Of a stretch of 64,000 bases of DNA, positions 11,089-22,253 are shown piece after piece (the first letter of the stretch is position 1; every line of letters begins with the position of its first letter). The notes below the pieces were generated by a model. The model did no database searches. It had not been told where the DNA came from and saw only the letters and a program-made list of their open reading frames with translations. The stretch is from Candidatus Oxydemutatoraceae bacterium (GTDB lineage: Bacteria > Pseudomonadota > Gammaproteobacteria > Poriferisulfidales > Oxydemutatoraceae). The DNA is taken from positions 1,964,769-2,028,768 of the forward strand of contig OZ244779.1 of the NCBI GenBank assembly GCA_965219575.1. The letters run 5' to 3'. A program made the position numbers and the translations under genes.

Positions 11089-11997
11089 ATGACTGAAAAT
11101 AGCGACGATTACATGCTGTCCATAGAGCGTTTTTTGAATATCTTGCTTTCCCGGCAAGGTCTATCGGCGAATACACTGGCCGCATATAGGCACGATTTAC
11201 AAGGTTTCGCCGCACAACTGAAAAAACAAGGTAAAGGTTTGAACAGCGCAGAAAGAATAGACATACAAAATTACCTTTTAAGTCGGCTGGAACAAAATTA
11301 TGCCGTCAAATCCAATACCAGATTACTCTCAACCTTGCGTAAATTTTACGCGTGGATGATGCAGAACAAGCTGATAACGATAAACCCTTGCGACCGGATT
11401 CATTCAAGCCGACAAGGACGACACTTACCCCAAGTGCTCGGCGAAGAGGAAATCGAGCGGCTACTCGAAGCCCCCGACATTGCGACACCCGAAGGGCTGC
11501 GCAACAAAGCGATGTTGGAAGTGATCTATGCTTGCGGGTTGCGCGTCTCCGAACTCGTCGACCTGGTGTTCTCGCAACTGTCTTTGGATGCCGGATATTT
11601 GAGGATTATGGGCAAGGGTAATAAAGAACGTCTAGTACCCATCGGCGAGCAGGCGTGCGAATGTCTGGAACTCTATATCAAGCAGGCTCGCCCGCAATTA
11701 CTCAAATCGGGACAACACTGCGATTATGTTTTTATATCCAAACGCGGCAGGCGTATGACCCGTCAGACCTTTTGGTATGCGCTGAAACGCTTGGCAAATA
11801 TTGCCGAGATTACAAAGCCCTTTTCACCGCATACGCTAAGGCACGCCTTCGCAACCCACCTACTCAATCACGGTGCCGACCTACGTGTTGTACAATTACT
11901 ATTAGGACATAGCGATTTATCAACTACGCAGATATATACTCATGTTGCTAAACAACGCTTAAAAGATTTACATCAACTACATCATCCGAGGAGTTAA
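11089..11997 (+). CDS. xerD: Site-specific tyrosine recombinase XerD
   Basis: GLRVSEL, GKGNKERLVP, SPHTLRHAFATHLLNHGADLRVVQLLLGHSDLSTTQIYTHV motifs, upstream of dsbC. Probable start ATG 11089. Confidence 0.95.
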   Translation: MTENSDDYMLSIERFLNILLSRQGLSANTLAAYRHDLQGFAAQLKKQGKGLNSAERIDIQNYLLSRLEQNYAVKSNTRLLSTLRKFYAWMMQNKLITINPCDRIHSSRQGRHLPQVLGEEEIERLLEAPDIATPEGLRNKAMLEVIYACGLRVSELVDLVFSQLSLDAGYLRIMGKGNKERLVPIGEQACECLELYIKQARPQLLKSGQHCDYVFISKRGRRMTRQTFWYALKRLANIAEITKPFSPHTLRHAFATHLLNHGADLRVVQLLLGHSDLSTTQIYTHVAKQRLKDLHQLHHPRS

Positions 11998-11999
11998 TT

Positions 12000-12716
12000 A
12001 TGTATCGTATATTTATTATTGCCGTCGCACTCTTACTATGCGCCACCCAAGCCACAACCGAAGAAGCGGTTGTAGAAGAAAAACTGAAAAGTTCTCTGGG
12101 TAATCATCTTCCTGGGAGCTTGGAGATTCGCGAGACTCCCTTAAAAGGCATCTACGAAGTCGTTCACGACAAAAGCAATGTGTTCTACACCGATGCCAAC
12201 GGTGATTTCTTACTGCAAGGTTCTTTGATCGACATAAAACAACGCAAAGATTTGACCGACGAGAGATTAAAACAAGTGCGTCAGGAAACCCTCGCCGAAG
12301 TTCCTGCCGATCGTTTTATAGAATTCGGTAACCCCGAAGCCGAGCACGAGGTCGTGGTGTTCACCGATGTCAACTGCGGTTATTGTAGAAAACTGCATAA
12401 CCAACGAACCCAATATGCCAAGCATGACATCAAAATCCGTTATTTATTGACCCCCGTCCTAGGTTCGGACTCAACCGATAAATCAACGAGCGTTTGGTGT
12501 GCGGACGACCGCCAAACTGCGCTGACCGATGCAAAGATGGACAAAGATATACCTAATGTTCGCTGCGACGCAAACTTAGATAACAACTTGAAAATCATGC
12601 GGGGTTTTGATGTTCGCGGCACCCCCGCCATCTTGCTGGAGGACGGTACCCTGCTCAGAGGTTATGTGGAACCCGAACAGTTACTGGAACAAATAGAACT
12701 ATCAAAGGAAGGATAA
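12000..12716 (+). CDS. dsbC: Thiol:disulfide isomerase DsbC
   Basis: Signal peptide, FTDVNCGYCRKLH active site, GTP cis-Pro loop, xerD-dsbC synteny. Confidence 0.92.
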   Translation: MYRIFIIAVALLLCATQATTEEAVVEEKLKSSLGNHLPGSLEIRETPLKGIYEVVHDKSNVFYTDANGDFLLQGSLIDIKQRKDLTDERLKQVRQETLAEVPADRFIEFGNPEAEHEVVVFTDVNCGYCRKLHNQRTQYAKHDIKIRYLLTPVLGSDSTDKSTSVWCADDRQTALTDAKMDKDIPNVRCDANLDNNLKIMRGFDVRGTPAILLEDGTLLRGYVEPEQLLEQIELSKEG

Positions 12717-15700
12717 TCGTACAAAAAACCGCTACGGGTGAACAAGATAGACACCCTGATTGCTTTGCCGGGAAATAACTTGGCAAGCCCCGCTTCATAA
12801 CAACGCATCTGCGGTAAATAGTGGGATGCCAATCGGTGATAAAACCGCTTCGCATCCTGCTCGGGCGGTTTGTTGCTCTTGTAATCGATAATCCATACTT
12901 GATCTTGCGCAACACACACCCGATCTACCTTGCCGTAAACGATACGCCCGTCGTCGTCCTGATACAACAAAGGCATCTCATGATAAGTTCTGCTATAGTG
13001 CGATTTATTAAATAACACTTCCAGCTCGGGGTTCTGCACCAAAGACCAAGCTTCTTCGGCGCACACATTGCGGATGTCGTCATCGACATCGGAGTGATTC
13101 TCGAATTCTCGCTTGAACATCGACAGGTTGTCGTACGATTTTTGACCTAGTAATTCCAGAGCCTTATGTATCGTCGTACCATGCAGTCTTGCGCTATCGG
13201 ATGCCGGTGTAGATGAAAATACCTTTTCCATCCCCACACGGCTAGGCTCTATCTGTTGCACCGTAGCATTCATCGGCACTTCGCCGTCAAACAATTTCAA
13301 GTCCGGCAACGGCTCGGAGCTTGGTTCGGCAACCTCTGCTTGCGTGCCGTTTGCTTGTTTTAAGGGATCATCTCCGAGAACCGCTTGCTCACCGCACGAT
13401 TCTTTAATCAAGCGATACCAGTGCTTGTGTGTGGACTCGGTTTTGCCGCTACCCGAAATAAAAAGGTATTGCTTCGCCCGCGTCAGCGCAACATACATTA
13501 AATTCATCTCCTCTCTCAAGTTGCGGGCGCGACGCGCTTCGGTCAATTCGGATAATATCCGACTACGCTCGGAGGTGGGCGGCATCAATACAAAATGCTT
13601 AGGGCACTCATCGTCGGTCGGCCAATCAACCAACACATCGTGGGTCTCTTTGTTCGGTAGCTTAAAAGCACAGTCTATCAAAAACACAACGGGGGACTCT
13701 AAGCCTTTGGCACCGTGTATGGACATCATTCTCACACAATCTTGCCCTTCGGGTGCTACGACTTCCTCGCCCTGGTCTTGCACGAGTGCGGCGTGGTCCA
13801 AAAAACGAGCGATATCGGGATAGCGACCACTATCGTAATCAAGCGTGTATTCCAAAAAAGCCTCCAAATAGAGTTGGACTTGCTCGCTCTCTATAGGATG
13901 CACCGATGTTTTATATCGGCTGATTAGATTTTGCTCGGCAAAAATCGTATAGAGTAAATCGTGTATAGGAAGACGACCGCAGAGCATGCCCCACTTTTTG
14001 AAACTATGATAAATCCCCGACCACGGTTCACCTCTATCGGCTAAATGCTTCAGCTTAGTGAAGTACTGCGCGCCTTCCTGACAACCGAGTTCCAACAAAT
14101 GCCGATCGCTCAACGAATAAATCGGACTGCGTAATACTTGAGTAAGTGCTAAATCGTTATACGGGTTATGCAGTGCTGCCAACAACTGCAACATATCGGC
14201 AACTTCCAATCGGTTGAGCAAGCCTGCTTCGTACGAGCTGACGACCGGAATCTGTCGGTGGCGCAACGCCCGCGTGAACAATTCAAAGTGTGTCTTTTGT
14301 CGGGCGATAATCAATATATCGCGATACGCGATAGGTCTGGGTCCGTCGGAATCTTCAATGGTCATCCGGCTTTGACACAGCCGTGCAATCGTTTGTGCCA
14401 CGGCTGCCGCTTCTTCGCTGCGCGAATTCTGCGACGACAATAGCGGAGCCTTCAGAGGGTTGCGCCATTCACCGTCATCGTCCGCTTTATCGGAGACTGC
14501 GGGTTCGAACAAATCGAATATGCCGACGCCGCCTTTGATGTTGCGCTTGGTACGGTGGTGCTTGAAATCCGACAATAGATTATTACGGGTAAAGACTCTA
14601 TTCACAAAATCGATAATCTGCGGGGCAGAACGATACGAGATATCCGCACTCTCCTCAATCCCCGATAAATGCGCCTTGAGCCATTGCCCGGCCTTGACTT
14701 GCAACTCGGGGTCGGCGCGCCTAAAACCGTAAATCGACTGCTTGCGATCACCGACGATAAACACACTGCCACCCTGTTGAGATGCAATTTCCTGCATCAA
14801 CGGCTGTAGCAACTGCCATTGCGTCGGATTGGTGTCCTGGAATTCGTCTATCAAAATATGCTCTATGCGCGAAGCCAGTCGGTATTGTATCCAGTGACTG
14901 CCATAATCGGATTGGGTCAATAGCTTGCTGGCGATACTTTCCAAATCGCCGAAATCAAGGAGCTTATGTTGCTGTTTGAGTGCCGTATAAATATCCAATA
15001 CACGGCTACCGACTTTATACCACGCTTGGTTCAAGTAATAATTGTTGGTGCGGTTAATGCCCTCGCGCATTTGCATCACCGCCTCGCTGATCTCGGCACA
15101 CAAAGTAAGTAGCCGCTCAGCTCCCGACTCGCCCAGCGATCTTATCAACGCTTTACTCAAGTCGCGCTGCCTCGGCAAACCTTTACCCGTATGAATACAT
15201 TTGTTGAGCTTATCAAAGTCATCGTCGGAAAGTTCGTCCAATGTAACGAGTTTGCTCAAACATTCGGCATGTTCGACATTCTTTATCGTTTCATGACCGC
15301 CTAATAAGATGCCATAGTCGGCAACCGAGTTGCGTATACCCTGCCATATCCGAGAGACGGGTAGCGTGTCGGCAATTTTCAACTGCGTATACAAATTCTT
15401 GTCGGCTTCATCGGCACCGACCAAGTTATCCGAGACATAGCTCAACCAATCGTTTTGCCGTGCTAAAAAAGCCTCCAGTATGGTGCGCATAACATTCACA
15501 CTACGAATTTCCGCATAAAGCGCATCCAACGCCTCACTAATTTCCTTGTCTTTGGAAGTCGTCGTCGCAAATAATGTATCTATCGCCTTCGCTCGCCATT
15601 CCTCTGCGTTTTCTGCAATCCGAAAATCCAAAGGCACACGGCTTTGCAACGGGCATAAAGAAATTAGCTTTTGACAAAAGGCATGAAAAGTGGTGATTTG

Positions 15701-16030
15701 CAGTTGCTCGGTTGAATGTAGCAACCGCTCGTAAAGATGCCTCGCCCGCCTACTATATTTTTCGACATCCTCTATACCGATCTCATTAAGGTCGGCTGCC
15801 AAGCCATCCGCTGTTCGGGTGATCCATTCAAGCACCCGCGCTTCTACCCGCTCGCGCATTTCATCGGCAGCTTTGTTGGTAAAAGTAATCGCCAATATAG
15901 AACCGGGACACACATCGTCCAACAATAACCTCAACACACGAGAGATCAATAACCATGTTTTACCGGTGCCTGCCGATGCATATACGATGCCGCTGGCTTG
16001 CGGCGAAAGTAACTTGAGTAAAGATTCCAT
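12662..16030 (-). CDS. UvrD-family helicase with C-terminal PD-(D/E)XK nuclease (AddA-like)
   Basis: ASAGTGKT Walker A, AITFTNKAA, IDEFQDT, VGDRKQSIYGFR, YVALTRA, and the C-terminal GKVDR...IIDYKS nuclease motif. Confidence 0.88.
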   Translation of the reverse strand: MESLLKLLSPQASGIVYASAGTGKTWLLISRVLRLLLDDVCPGSILAITFTNKAADEMRERVEARVLEWITRTADGLAADLNEIGIEDVEKYSRRARHLYERLLHSTEQLQITTFHAFCQKLISLCPLQSRVPLDFRIAENAEEWRAKAIDTLFATTTSKDKEISEALDALYAEIRSVNVMRTILEAFLARQNDWLSYVSDNLVGADEADKNLYTQLKIADTLPVSRIWQGIRNSVADYGILLGGHETIKNVEHAECLSKLVTLDELSDDDFDKLNKCIHTGKGLPRQRDLSKALIRSLGESGAERLLTLCAEISEAVMQMREGINRTNNYYLNQAWYKVGSRVLDIYTALKQQHKLLDFGDLESIASKLLTQSDYGSHWIQYRLASRIEHILIDEFQDTNPTQWQLLQPLMQEIASQQGGSVFIVGDRKQSIYGFRRADPELQVKAGQWLKAHLSGIEESADISYRSAPQIIDFVNRVFTRNNLLSDFKHHRTKRNIKGGVGIFDLFEPAVSDKADDDGEWRNPLKAPLLSSQNSRSEEAAAVAQTIARLCQSRMTIEDSDGPRPIAYRDILIIARQKTHFELFTRALRHRQIPVVSSYEAGLLNRLEVADMLQLLAALHNPYNDLALTQVLRSPIYSLSDRHLLELGCQEGAQYFTKLKHLADRGEPWSGIYHSFKKWGMLCGRLPIHDLLYTIFAEQNLISRYKTSVHPIESEQVQLYLEAFLEYTLDYDSGRYPDIARFLDHAALVQDQGEEVVAPEGQDCVRMMSIHGAKGLESPVVFLIDCAFKLPNKETHDVLVDWPTDDECPKHFVLMPPTSERSRILSELTEARRARNLREEMNLMYVALTRAKQYLFISGSGKTESTHKHWYRLIKESCGEQAVLGDDPLKQANGTQAEVAEPSSEPLPDLKLFDGEVPMNATVQQIEPSRVGMEKVFSSTPASDSARLHGTTIHKALELLGQKSYDNLSMFKREFENHSDVDDDIRNVCAEEAWSLVQNPELEVLFNKSHYSRTYHEMPLLYQDDDGRIVYGKVDRVCVAQDQVWIIDYKSNKPPEQDAKRFYHRLASHYLPQMRCYEAGLAKLFPGKAIRVSILFTRSGFLYDYPSFDSSICSSNCSGST

Positions 16031-16087
16031 TAAAAGTCTATGTTTTGAAGCATTAGTTTAGCCTAAGGCAGATACTTTTGGGTAGTA

Positions 16088-16275
16088 TTCCCCTCCTTCG
16101 GAGGGGTGGCCTATGCATTTTGCAATGCATCCGTTTAGCAGTCATGTTGAGGTTCCGAACAAAGTCACGCCGATTGACCTACTGGTTCAATCGGCGGTTC
16201 TATTTAGCCTGACGGGGTGGTCCTAAAAATGGGGTAACGTCATATACATTCATTCATCCAATTCATGGTAACCAC
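16088..16275. repeat. Composite intergenic repeat
   Basis: Copy of 171-305 followed by the 22-mer shared with 10898. Confidence 0.85.
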
Positions 16276-16468
16276 TTGCAGGGGAGAGGGTCAATTTTTA
16301 TATTCTCGGATCAATTACCTGCGGTCAAAAGCAGTTAGAATCTACGCTTTCCTTGAAGACCCCAAAATGCTATACAATATCATCCGAACAATCACGAGGT
16401 GCCCTTGAAACACTACAAAGAAAAATTCTATCATCTTTACATTACCTCAAAAGGTAAACGGAGGAATT

Positions 16469-18070
16469 TTGCCGACGCTTGATTTTCAGGGAAAATCCAT
16501 AATCCATTGCTATCACTTGGGTGTGCCTTTTCGCGATTTAAGGATTGACGAAAAAAAATCTCTGCCCCCTAAAGATAAGAGAGGGAAAAAACAAAAACCC
16601 TCTCTTGACGACAACTTAATCATTCACGGAGACAATCTCCACGCATTGAAAGCTCTGCTACCGCGCTATGCAGGGAAAATAAAGTGTATTTATATTGACC
16701 CACCCTACAACACCGGCAAAGAAGGCTGGAAATATAACGATAATGTCAATAGCCCGACGATAAAGGAATGGTTGAGCAAAACGGTGGAATTGGACGATGG
16801 GCAAAGACACGACAAATGGCTTTGCATGATGTGGCCTAGATTGTCGTTGCTCAAAGAGCTAATGAGCGAGGACGGGGTTATTTTTATTAGTATCGATAGT
16901 AATGAACAATTCAGGCTTATGGCAATTATGGAGGAAATCTTTGGAATAGATAATTTTATATCCGACTTTGTTGTAATACGGGCAGAAGGAGGAGGTCTTG
17001 CAAAACAAGTAATAAAAGGGCACGACTATGTGATAGTTTACGCTAAAGATATATCCAAAGTTGACCCTTTGAAAAGAAAAAAAGATGTACGCGGAAAAAT
17101 TGTAAAAAAAGACGGTGTGGAATACTGGCTTGAAGAAGATTGGCTCAGAAAAGAATTCGGAAAGTATGGTACTTGTTATTATGAACAAATAATTAAATAT
17201 AAAGGAATAAAGAAAAAAAACGAAATTGATAAAGGTATAAAAGACGGGATATACCAACTTATTAAAAAAGGAAAATATCATATAGTTGCAAGATTTCGTA
17301 AATTAGAGGAAGACGGAAGCAAGTTTTACAGTGTCTTAAAACATCTTTCATCCAAAGGGATTGACGATATAAAGGAGACAGGAATTAAGTTTGATTATCC
17401 GAAACCTGTATCTCTAATTAAAGAATTAATTTTAGGAGTCACTCTTAACAAAGGTAATCGAAATAGCATAATTTTAGATTCGTTTGCCGGTTCGGGCACC
17501 ACAGCTCAGGCGGTTCTTAGTCTCAACAAAGAGGATGGCGGCAATCGCAAATTCATCCTTGTAGAGTGTGAGGATTATGCCGATAAAATTACCGCAGAGC
17601 GTGTTCGCAAAGTTATAAAGGGTGTACCCAAAGCAAAAGACGAAAACCTAAAAAATGGTTTAGGTGGTTCATTCACTTACTGTACTCTAGGTAGCGAGGT
17701 CAGCGAAGAAAATCTGTTAAAAGGTAAATCTCTGCCCAGCTACGAGGCACTTTCTAAATATGTTTTTTATACCGCAACCGGGAATACCCTAGGAAAGTTT
17801 AAGCCGAACGACAATTTTTATGTTGCAAAAGTGAACGGAGATACTGCCTTTTTTGTTATCTATAAACCCAACAAAGAATTTCTAAGTAGCAACGACTCCG
17901 CTTTAAGTCTTGAAAGAAAAGAACTTATTCAAAAAATTATGAAACAGAAAAAATGCAGCAAAGCCATTGTCTTCGCTTCTGCCTGTTTTTACTCTCTAAA
18001 AGAACTTTCACAAGAAAAAATTACTTTTTGTCAATTACCCTTTGCTATTCATAAAATTGTAAGCCGATGA
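16469..18070 (+). CDS. mod: Type III restriction-modification DNA methyltransferase (Mod)
   Basis: IYIDPPYNTG (DPPY) and DSFAGSGTT (FxGxG) motifs in beta-class order. Overlaps the res start (ATGA). AT-rich. Confidence 0.88.
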   Translation: MPTLDFQGKSIIHCYHLGVPFRDLRIDEKKSLPPKDKRGKKQKPSLDDNLIIHGDNLHALKALLPRYAGKIKCIYIDPPYNTGKEGWKYNDNVNSPTIKEWLSKTVELDDGQRHDKWLCMMWPRLSLLKELMSEDGVIFISIDSNEQFRLMAIMEEIFGIDNFISDFVVIRAEGGGLAKQVIKGHDYVIVYAKDISKVDPLKRKKDVRGKIVKKDGVEYWLEEDWLRKEFGKYGTCYYEQIIKYKGIKKKNEIDKGIKDGIYQLIKKGKYHIVARFRKLEEDGSKFYSVLKHLSSKGIDDIKETGIKFDYPKPVSLIKELILGVTLNKGNRNSIILDSFAGSGTTAQAVLSLNKEDGGNRKFILVECEDYADKITAERVRKVIKGVPKAKDENLKNGLGGSFTYCTLGSEVSEENLLKGKSLPSYEALSKYVFYTATGNTLGKFKPNDNFYVAKVNGDTAFFVIYKPNKEFLSSNDSALSLERKELIQKIMKQKKCSKAIVFASACFYSLKELSQEKITFCQLPFAIHKIVSR

Positions 18071-20658
18071 TACAGTTGAAAGAATTTCAAGAACTCGTTT
18101 TAGAACAGCTGGACTATTATTTGCAAACACTCAAAACGAAATGCATAGAGGAAAAAGAAGAGGTAGAGTTTCATAAAAGTCGCAAAAGAAATAGAGAAAT
18201 AGAGAGGTATTGTCGTGAAACATGGGAAGAGTTAACCAAAGAGGGGAAATTACCGCAATTCAAGGACAGCAAGGGCAATATTCAAACGCTATGTTACATA
18301 GAAAAAAAAGACGGTTTGGGCAACCTGATTCCTAATATCTGTTTGAAGGTTCCCACCGGTGGAGGTAAAACTCTGTTGGGAGTATCCGCCGTTGAAAGAA
18401 TCAACATCGATTATTTCTCAAAAAATACCGGTTTGGTTTTATGGATTGTTCCCACCGAAGCGATCTATAGACAAACCATAAAAAATTTCAAAAATAGGAA
18501 CCACTCGTATAGGAATATTTTTGAAAGAGCTTCTGCGGGCCGAGTTAAAATCCTCGAAAAGACAAGTGCTTTTTCGTCTCAAGACATACAAAATTATCTC
18601 TGCATTATGGTTATGATGCTCCAGTCTACAAATAGAGAAACCCAAGAGTCATTGCGGGTTTTTAAGGACTCGGGGAATTTTATTTCTTTGTTCCCTCGAT
18701 CCGACGATTACGATGCAAACAACAATTTACTCAATAGCACCAAAAATCTGGATTGCCATGAGTATGAGATGGAGGTGTCAGGTGCCAAGCGTATTTCCGT
18801 AAAGCATAGCTTAGGAAACGCCATACGTATAACCCGTCCCATTGTTATTTTAGACGAAGGCCATCGCGCTTATTCCGATTTAGCTAGAAATACAATTTGT
18901 GGCTTAAATCCGAGATTTATTTTAGAACTTTCTGCAACCCCCAATATGAGAAAACATCTGAGTAATATACTGGTAAGCGTCTCGGGAATAAAATTAAAGG
19001 AAGAAGAAATGATCAAACTTCCCATAAATATCATCAACTCCGACAAATGGAACTGGAAACAGACTTTGTGCAAAGCCTACGAAAAAATACAAAAACTCAA
19101 CGACGACTGTGAACATCATTATCAAAAATCCGAACGATACATTCGCCCTATCATGCTGATACAAGTGGAGAGAACCGGAAAAGAACAAAGAGAAAAGCAG
19201 TTTATTCACACCGAAGATGTTAGGAATTACTTAATTGAGAAACTCGGCGTCGATGCGGGTGCCATCAAAATAAAGACTGCAGAAAGAAATGAACTCAAAG
19301 ACGAAAGCCTACTAAGCGAAACCTCACAAGTTAGATTTATTATTACCAAACATGCCCTTCAGGAAGGTTGGGATTGTCCGTATGCTTACGTGTTGGCAAT
19401 CTTATCCAATGCTCAGTCTAAGAAAGCATTGACGCAACTAATCGGCAGAATTTTAAGACAACCCGATGCCCGACAAACTTCTTATGAATCCTTAAACGAG
19501 AGTTATGTTTTCTGTTATAACCCAACCGTAGGAGAAGTGGTAGAAGGAATAAAGAAAGGTCTGCAAGAAGAAGGCATGGGTGATTTGATAGACCATATCA
19601 GAGGAGGAGATAGCGAGTTTGATAAAGAAACGATAAACAGGAGAACCGGATTTAAGCGAACCAAAGTTTTCTTGCCTAAAGTTCTCCATAAAGATAAAAA
19701 ATCATGGAGAAATATCAGATACGAATCGGACATCCTCCGGAACATTGACTTCTCCAAGATTTCGTACCGCAACAAAGATGCTCTCAAACCCGAAGACATC
19801 GACAAACTTAGAGTGAATCATGTCAAGATGGATATAGAAGACGACAAAGGACAACTTAAATTTGCTCACGACACCATGAAAACGGAACAAGAATCTGCAG
19901 AAATAAATTTTGTTTATATGGTGAGACGACTTTCCAACACCGTGCCGAATCCATGGCAAGCGTCCAGAATTCTAGAAGAAACTATAAGTACCCTAAAAGC
20001 TAAGCATGTCTCCGATGAAAAGATTTATGTCAACGGAAACTTTTTGCTCGATGCTATTGAAAAAGATATAAAAGAGCAGGTTAACGAAGTTTCGGAGAAA
20101 ATTTTTACCGATAAATTAGAAAACGGAGATATTTGCTTTAAGGTATTTAAGGATTCCATTGGTCTTAACTGGAAAATGGCAACTAGAATTGATTTCTTTG
20201 TTTCAAACAACGGCAAAACCTTAAAGAAGAGAGATGAAAGCCCTTTGCAATTAACTCTGTTCGAAAAAACTTACGAGAAACACTATAACAAACTGGAAAA
20301 AGATATAGCTTGGTATCTCGACGAAACGGAGGCACTTAAGTGGTGGCATAGAATAGTAGCAAAACAAGACTATTATCTTCAAGGATGGCAAGCACGAAAA
20401 GTGTATCCCGATTTTCTGGCTTGTGTCGACTCAAGCAACGCCGATAAGGTCTCCGTTTTAGAAACCAAAGGAGACCATTTGAAAGGCAACTCGGACACCG
20501 AATATAAGACAAAGCTTTTTGAATTGCTGCAGAAATATGCCAACGATGACAATGTCAATATCGGTACCGTAGAGACCGCCTCCGAAAATGAGACAAAAAT
20601 GGTTTTTGAAATTTTAATGGAAGCAGATTGGAGGCAAAAGATTCAAAATACTCTATAA
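18067..20658 (+). CDS. res: Type III restriction endonuclease/helicase (Res)
   Basis: KVPTGGGKT, LDEGH, SATP, EGWDCP, QLIGRILR and C-terminal YPDF...ETKG nuclease motifs. Confidence 0.88.
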   Translation: MIQLKEFQELVLEQLDYYLQTLKTKCIEEKEEVEFHKSRKRNREIERYCRETWEELTKEGKLPQFKDSKGNIQTLCYIEKKDGLGNLIPNICLKVPTGGGKTLLGVSAVERINIDYFSKNTGLVLWIVPTEAIYRQTIKNFKNRNHSYRNIFERASAGRVKILEKTSAFSSQDIQNYLCIMVMMLQSTNRETQESLRVFKDSGNFISLFPRSDDYDANNNLLNSTKNLDCHEYEMEVSGAKRISVKHSLGNAIRITRPIVILDEGHRAYSDLARNTICGLNPRFILELSATPNMRKHLSNILVSVSGIKLKEEEMIKLPINIINSDKWNWKQTLCKAYEKIQKLNDDCEHHYQKSERYIRPIMLIQVERTGKEQREKQFIHTEDVRNYLIEKLGVDAGAIKIKTAERNELKDESLLSETSQVRFIITKHALQEGWDCPYAYVLAILSNAQSKKALTQLIGRILRQPDARQTSYESLNESYVFCYNPTVGEVVEGIKKGLQEEGMGDLIDHIRGGDSEFDKETINRRTGFKRTKVFLPKVLHKDKKSWRNIRYESDILRNIDFSKISYRNKDALKPEDIDKLRVNHVKMDIEDDKGQLKFAHDTMKTEQESAEINFVYMVRRLSNTVPNPWQASRILEETISTLKAKHVSDEKIYVNGNFLLDAIEKDIKEQVNEVSEKIFTDKLENGDICFKVFKDSIGLNWKMATRIDFFVSNNGKTLKKRDESPLQLTLFEKTYEKHYNKLEKDIAWYLDETEALKWWHRIVAKQDYYLQGWQARKVYPDFLACVDSSNADKVSVLETKGDHLKGNSDTEYKTKLFELLQKYANDDNVNIGTVETASENETKMVFEILMEADWRQKIQNTL

Positions 20659-20696
20659 TCGGCAATCTGCAGTACTAAATCTTTCGGACAGATATT

Positions 20697-21058
20697 AGGC
20701 TGTTGAAAAAGTATCCATGAACCGTAGGGGCGGACTAGCATGTCCGCCCATAGCGCGTTGGTCGGCATGATTTATACATTCATCCACCCGATTTATGGAA
20801 ACCAAAACCATACGGCGCAAGCGGTTGGTGTCGTGCAGAACGGTACTTAAGGGCAGACATACAAGTCTGCCCCTACAAGTGGTTTGCAAATATTCACGGC
20901 GCGAGCGGTTGCAATTGTGCGAAACAATACTTTTTCAATAACCCCACGACACGACCACCCCGTCAGGCTGCGCCTGCCACCCTAAGGGCGGACATACGAG
21001 TCCGCCCCTACAAGGAGGGGAATGGACCACCCCCTACAAGTTCAATCGGTGGTTCTAT
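20697..21058. repeat. MITE-like element (ends GGCTGTTGAAAAAGTAT / ATACTTTTTCAATAACC) with REP-like GTAGGGGCGGAC units, plus a nested CCCCTCC module
   Basis: Inverted ends about 245 bp apart. Internal modules are shared with the other copies. Confidence 0.85.
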
Positions 21059-21110
21059 ACATTGCGGGTATAATTTCGGTTAAAGTTCTCTAAACTCTAA
21101 ATAATGCTTT

Positions 21111-22247
21111 ATGGAAACAAAAAAGATTATGTTTGTTGCCGGCGAGGCATCGGGTGATAAGCACGCCGCAAAACTTATCGCACAACTGCGGCAATCGCAA
21201 CAAATAGAATGTTACGGTATGGGTATGCAAAAAATGAAGCATGCGGGGATGCGATTGTTGGTCGACGCACAAGCTCTGGCGGTCATCGGCATCGTCGAAA
21301 TTTTAAGGCATTACCCGGCACTACGGCGCGCTTTCACAACGCTCAAGCAATCGCTGGTAAACGACCCGCCCGATTTATTGGTGCTGGTGGATTATCCCGA
21401 GTTCAATCTAAAACTGGCGCGCATCGCAGCGCAACACAACATTAAGGTGTTGTATTACATCAGTCCTCAGTTATGGGCATGGCGGCAATATCGCATCAAA
21501 AAAATCAAACGCGATATAGACCATGTTGCAGTGATATTTCCTTTTGAAGAAGATTTTTATAAGCGGCATGCAGTATCGGTAAGTTATGTGGGGCACCCGT
21601 TGATTGAGGATTTAGAAGAATGGGAGCGTAGCAACCCTCAAGCGATAAACGATAGAGACCAAAATAAAACCGTACTGCTACTGCCCGGCAGTAGAAAAAG
21701 CGAGATTAAACGCTTACTTCCTTTGATGGTCGAAGCGGCGGTATTGATACGGCAACACTTAGATACAAAGATTCGTTTTCGTCTGCTTGCGGCTCCCGAC
21801 ATAGATGCCGATTTATATCAAAGCTATTTGGATCGTTCCGATTTTGATTGTCGCCTAAGCGACCGGCATGTCTATACCGAGATGAAAAATGCAGATCTTG
21901 CGATCAGTGCGACCGGCACCGCAACCCTACAGCTTGCGTTGTGCGGCACGCCGCTCATAGCAACACATAAATTAATGCCGTTGAGCTATTGGATATTGAG
22001 GTGGTTTATCAAAATACGCTATGCGAGCATGCCGAACATCATCGCCGACAGTCCGCTCGTGCCGGAATATCTACAAAACGATGCGACACCCGAAAAGCTA
22101 TCGGCACACGCTTGCAAACTACTCGGCGATGCAACGCGCAGAGAAACGATGTCGCAAAACCTGTTCGCACTACGTGAAAAATTCGGAACCGCATCGGCAT
22201 CTAAAACGACTGCCGGATTGATTCATGATCTGATACGCCAAAAATGA
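21111..22247 (+). CDS. lpxB: Lipid-A-disaccharide synthase
   Basis: AGEASGD, VDYPEFN, YYISPQLWAWR, VGHPL, LLPGSR motifs. Confidence 0.95.
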   Translation: METKKIMFVAGEASGDKHAAKLIAQLRQSQQIECYGMGMQKMKHAGMRLLVDAQALAVIGIVEILRHYPALRRAFTTLKQSLVNDPPDLLVLVDYPEFNLKLARIAAQHNIKVLYYISPQLWAWRQYRIKKIKRDIDHVAVIFPFEEDFYKRHAVSVSYVGHPLIEDLEEWERSNPQAINDRDQNKTVLLLPGSRKSEIKRLLPLMVEAAVLIRQHLDTKIRFRLLAAPDIDADLYQSYLDRSDFDCRLSDRHVYTEMKNADLAISATGTATLQLALCGTPLIATHKLMPLSYWILRWFIKIRYASMPNIIADSPLVPEYLQNDATPEKLSAHACKLLGDATRRETMSQNLFALREKFGTASASKTTAGLIHDLIRQK

Positions 22248-22253
22248 GAAATG

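Noticed and set aside
11089-11997. Tyrosine recombinase as an integron integrase, with the hairpins as attC sites
   Set aside because: It is a typical XerD in xerD-dsbC context, with no IntI-specific insertion evident. The hairpins lack consistent RYYYAAC/GTTRRRY boxes and also flank housekeeping genes.
12662-12716. 55-bp tail-to-tail overlap of dsbC and the AddA-like gene
   Set aside because: Short convergent overlaps are common and both proteins look complete.
16469-18070. Phase-variable mod gene (phasevarion) via A8 runs
   Set aside because: The ORF is intact, A-runs are expected in an AT-rich Lys-rich gene, and no simple-sequence repeat tract is seen.
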